A DNA stretch of 64,000 nt from Macrostomum hystrix (taxonomy: Eukaryota; Animalia; Platyhelminthes), in NCBI GenBank assembly GCA_950097015.1, contig CATNEN010000030.1, forward strand, positions 1,426,001-1,490,000. Reading direction: 5' to 3'. The notes below the pieces were generated by a model. It was given only the letters and a program-made list of their open reading frames with translations, did not search any database and was not told the DNA's origin. Each line of letters starts with the position of its first letter. The first letter of the stretch is position 1. A program made the position numbers and the translations under genes. Positions 61,273 to 64,000 of this stretch are shown here, one piece after another.

Positions 61273-64000
61273 ATGCCGAAAAAAGGCAAAAAGGGAAAGG
61301 GAGGAGGAAAAGGAAAGAAAGGGTAAGAAGGCTGCATTTGTTTTGCTTTCGATCTGGACGATCTGGTGCATACATTTATGAATATCTTTTGTCAGGCTTT
61401 TTTTCTCAATCAATGTTCATTTTTAAGTGTTTAAGGGATCATCTTTTTTATACCGACCTGAATATTTATATATATCTGTTCTCAAGGCCCTTGCTATTTT
61501 TTCATATTTGTATGTCATAATTTAAGTATGATCTACCAGAAGTATCGAATACATTTTTGTTGTTGAAAATGAAAAGGTGGCGTTTAAAATCAAGTTGAAA
61601 AAAACAAAACAACAATAACTATGGCTTTCTATCTATATTTTTTACTAGTTAAACTATTTTTTTTCTTGTTTACAAAAATTATACGTACTGGATCTAATCA
61701 CAAAAATGGATACCATAGCTATAACTATTGAGTGCAATAAACAAAAGCGGAAAAAAATCTGTAGGAACATGCAGAAATTATAACTTATAGTTCTAATGCT
61801 GGTTATAGTACCGAGCTGATGTGAATTTCACTTTATCTATTAAATATACAGTGAGAAGGGCAGCAAGAAGGCCGATAAGAAGGCAATGAAAGAAGAGAGT
61901 GCACTGAAGCTAGCCGAGCGCAGCGTTCTTGTTTGGGAGACTCGTGCCCAGGCGGCTGAAAAGCAGAGGGCGGAGTTCCGAGAGTCAGCTGTTGCCCTGG
62001 CCGACCAGAACTCTCAGCTGAAGGACCTTATGCACAAAACAGAGCGCGACACCATTGAGGTTATCACGTACTTAAAGAAGCAAGATCAAGAAAAAGAGGA
62101 TCTGGTAGGTTGCTTTCAATGTTTCGCACTAGTTTTTCGAAAATAGAGAATTTTCACTATGAAGCTTTCCTCGTTTTATAACACTCTTAGATTTACAAGC
62201 TCAATGAGGGCATCAAGGAGATGAAGCGACAGCATCGGGATGAGAAGGCCGCCATTGTAAGCATTTAACACTGTCTTCCTTATTTTCTTAAGTAGATATA
62301 TGAATGATACTTGCACGTAATATTGCATAAAAATCCGACCGAAAATAAACCTCGACTACAGATCGCCGATTTGGGCCAGCAGATCCAGAAATTGGAGGCA
62401 ACCATTCAGCAGAAGAGCCAGGATGTGCAGCTGCTGCAGAATGAGCTCAAGATGGTGAAAGAGTTTCGCAAGAACCGCCAGCAGATGCAAAAGGAGCTGG
62501 ATGAGGTGAGTATATAGTTTGCATCATTTAACCACGTGAGCGAAAAATATTGAGAGTTGGATAAAATTAGGATTTGGATCATAATTTTTAAATTGAGTTT
62601 TTTTATTTTGGTTTCCAAAATCATGAGTTAGCGACTCAGTTTATCAAAGGCTAATGCAAGATTTAAAAAATTCTGATTAGAAATGAGAGTTTGCAACAAT
62701 TTTAACTGAATAAGTTTCATAAATATTAAAACTTTCACGAACTGCACTGCCCATTTGCCACGCAGATCAAAGACTCTCTGTTTTACGCTGGCCGCGAGCA
62801 CAAGGAGACGCTGGCCAAGATGGAGCAAAAATTCTTCGAAGAGAAAATGCGTCTGCAGCAGGAGGCCAATCAGAAGATTGCCGAGCTGGCCGAGAGGGCT
62901 CACGCTGAAGCAATCACGTGAGCAGTCACTCTCTTGCAATCCTTGCCAATCTGGTCCTTCATGCTCTATTGCAATCCTTGCCAATCTGGTCCTTCATACT
63001 CTGTTGCAATCCTTGCCAATCTGGTCCTTCATGGTCCGTTGCAATCCTTGTCAGTCAGGTCCTTCATGGTCTCTTGCAATCCTTACCAATCAGGTCCTTC
63101 ATGGTCCGTTGCAATCCTTGTCAGTCAGGTCCTTCATGGTCTCTTGCAATCCTTACCAATCAGGTCCTTCATGGTCCGTTGCAATCCTTGTCAGTCAGGT
63201 CCTTCATGGTCTCTTGCAATCCTTACCAATCAGGTCCTTCATGGTCCGTTGCAATCCTTGTCAGTCAGGTCCTTCATGGTCTCTTGCAATCCTTACCAAT
63301 CAGGTCCTTCATGGTCCGTTGCAATCGTTGCCAATCTTGTCCTTCATGCTCTGTTGCTATCCTTGCCAATCTGGTCCTTCATACTCTGTTGCAATCGTTG
63401 CCAATCTTGTCCTTCATGCTCTGTTGCAATCCTTGCCAATCTTGTCCTTCATGCTCTGTTGCAATACTTGCCAATCAGGTCCTTCATGCTCTGTTGCAAT
63501 ACTTGCCAATCTGGTCCTTCATGCTCTGTTGCAATCGTTGCCAATCTTGTCCTTCATACTCTGTTGCAATCCTTGCCAATCTTGTCCTTCATACTCTGTT
63601 GCAATCCTTGCCAATCTGGTCCTTCATGCTCTGTTGCAATCCTTGCCAATCTGGTCCTTCATGGTCTCTTGCAATACTTGCCAATCTGGTCCTTCATGCT
63701 CTGTTGCAATCCTTGCCAATCTGGTCCTTCATACTCTGTTGCAATCGTTGCCAATCTGGTCCTTTATGCTCTGTTGCAATCCTTGCCAATCTGGTCCTTC
63801 ATATTCTGTTGCAATCGTTGCCAATCTGGTCCTTTATGCTCTGTTGCAATCCTTGCCAATCTTGTCCTTTATGGTCTTTGTTAACTTTTCCCGATCGTGT
63901 GATTTTTACAACCTCATCAATTGCTTTATCTTTTCTATACTATTCGTACGTACCCTTTTCCTCTCGACAGAAACCTGGACGAAACCACCCGCTCCGTGTA
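61273..64000 (+). CDS. BBOF1: Basal body orientation factor 1 (CCDC176); exons 61273-61322, 61852-62104, 62191-62256, 62362-62505, 62766-62917, 63971-end
   Basis: MPKKGKKGKG start, VITYLKKQDQEKE and FFEEKMRLQQEANQKIAELAERAHAEAI match BBOF1; phases are consistent. Confidence 0.88.
62930..63880. repeat. 35-bp minisatellite TGCAATCCTTGCCAATCTGGTCCTTCATGCTCTGT in a BBOF1 intron, about 27 copies
   Basis: Seen directly. Confidence 0.95.

Overview
Eukaryotic, intron-containing animal DNA. GC-rich exons with Gln/Ala runs, AT-rich spacers and introns filled with minisatellites suggest a free-living flatworm such as Macrostomum (inference from style, not proven). I reconstructed these genes by hand from splice sites and protein motifs. 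Minus strand: hemicentin-like vWA gene (5' part), an IL-17-like secreted cystine-knot gene split by a repeat-filled intron, STX17, GLCE, ATF4-like bZIP with a two-uORF leader, a 9-exon coiled-coil gene (CCDC18-like), an orphan single-pass membrane protein, EXOSC1, RPSA, TMEM160-like and RAB14. Plus strand: an orphan gene at 8332, beta-carbonic anhydrase, ICMT and BBOF1 (runs off the window). About 25 tandem arrays each have their own unit, and several are amplifications of splice-site motifs. There are also tRNA/CORE-type SINEs, an internally deleted mariner, and a 340-bp inverted-repeat element with hammerhead-ribozyme cores and a 15-bp TSD (Penelope-like). Main leads: (1) TMEM160, ICMT and STX17 are open exactly in frame from an upstream 3' splice acceptor but have no ATG there, as expected if the flatworm spliced-leader terminal AUG supplies the start; (2) the IL-17-like protein has lost both partners of one disulfide; (3) the hammerhead element; (4) the ATF4 uORF switch; (5) splice-site minisatellites. 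Six apparent frameshifts are all +1 and can be fixed at homopolymer runs, so they are most likely long-read assembly errors.
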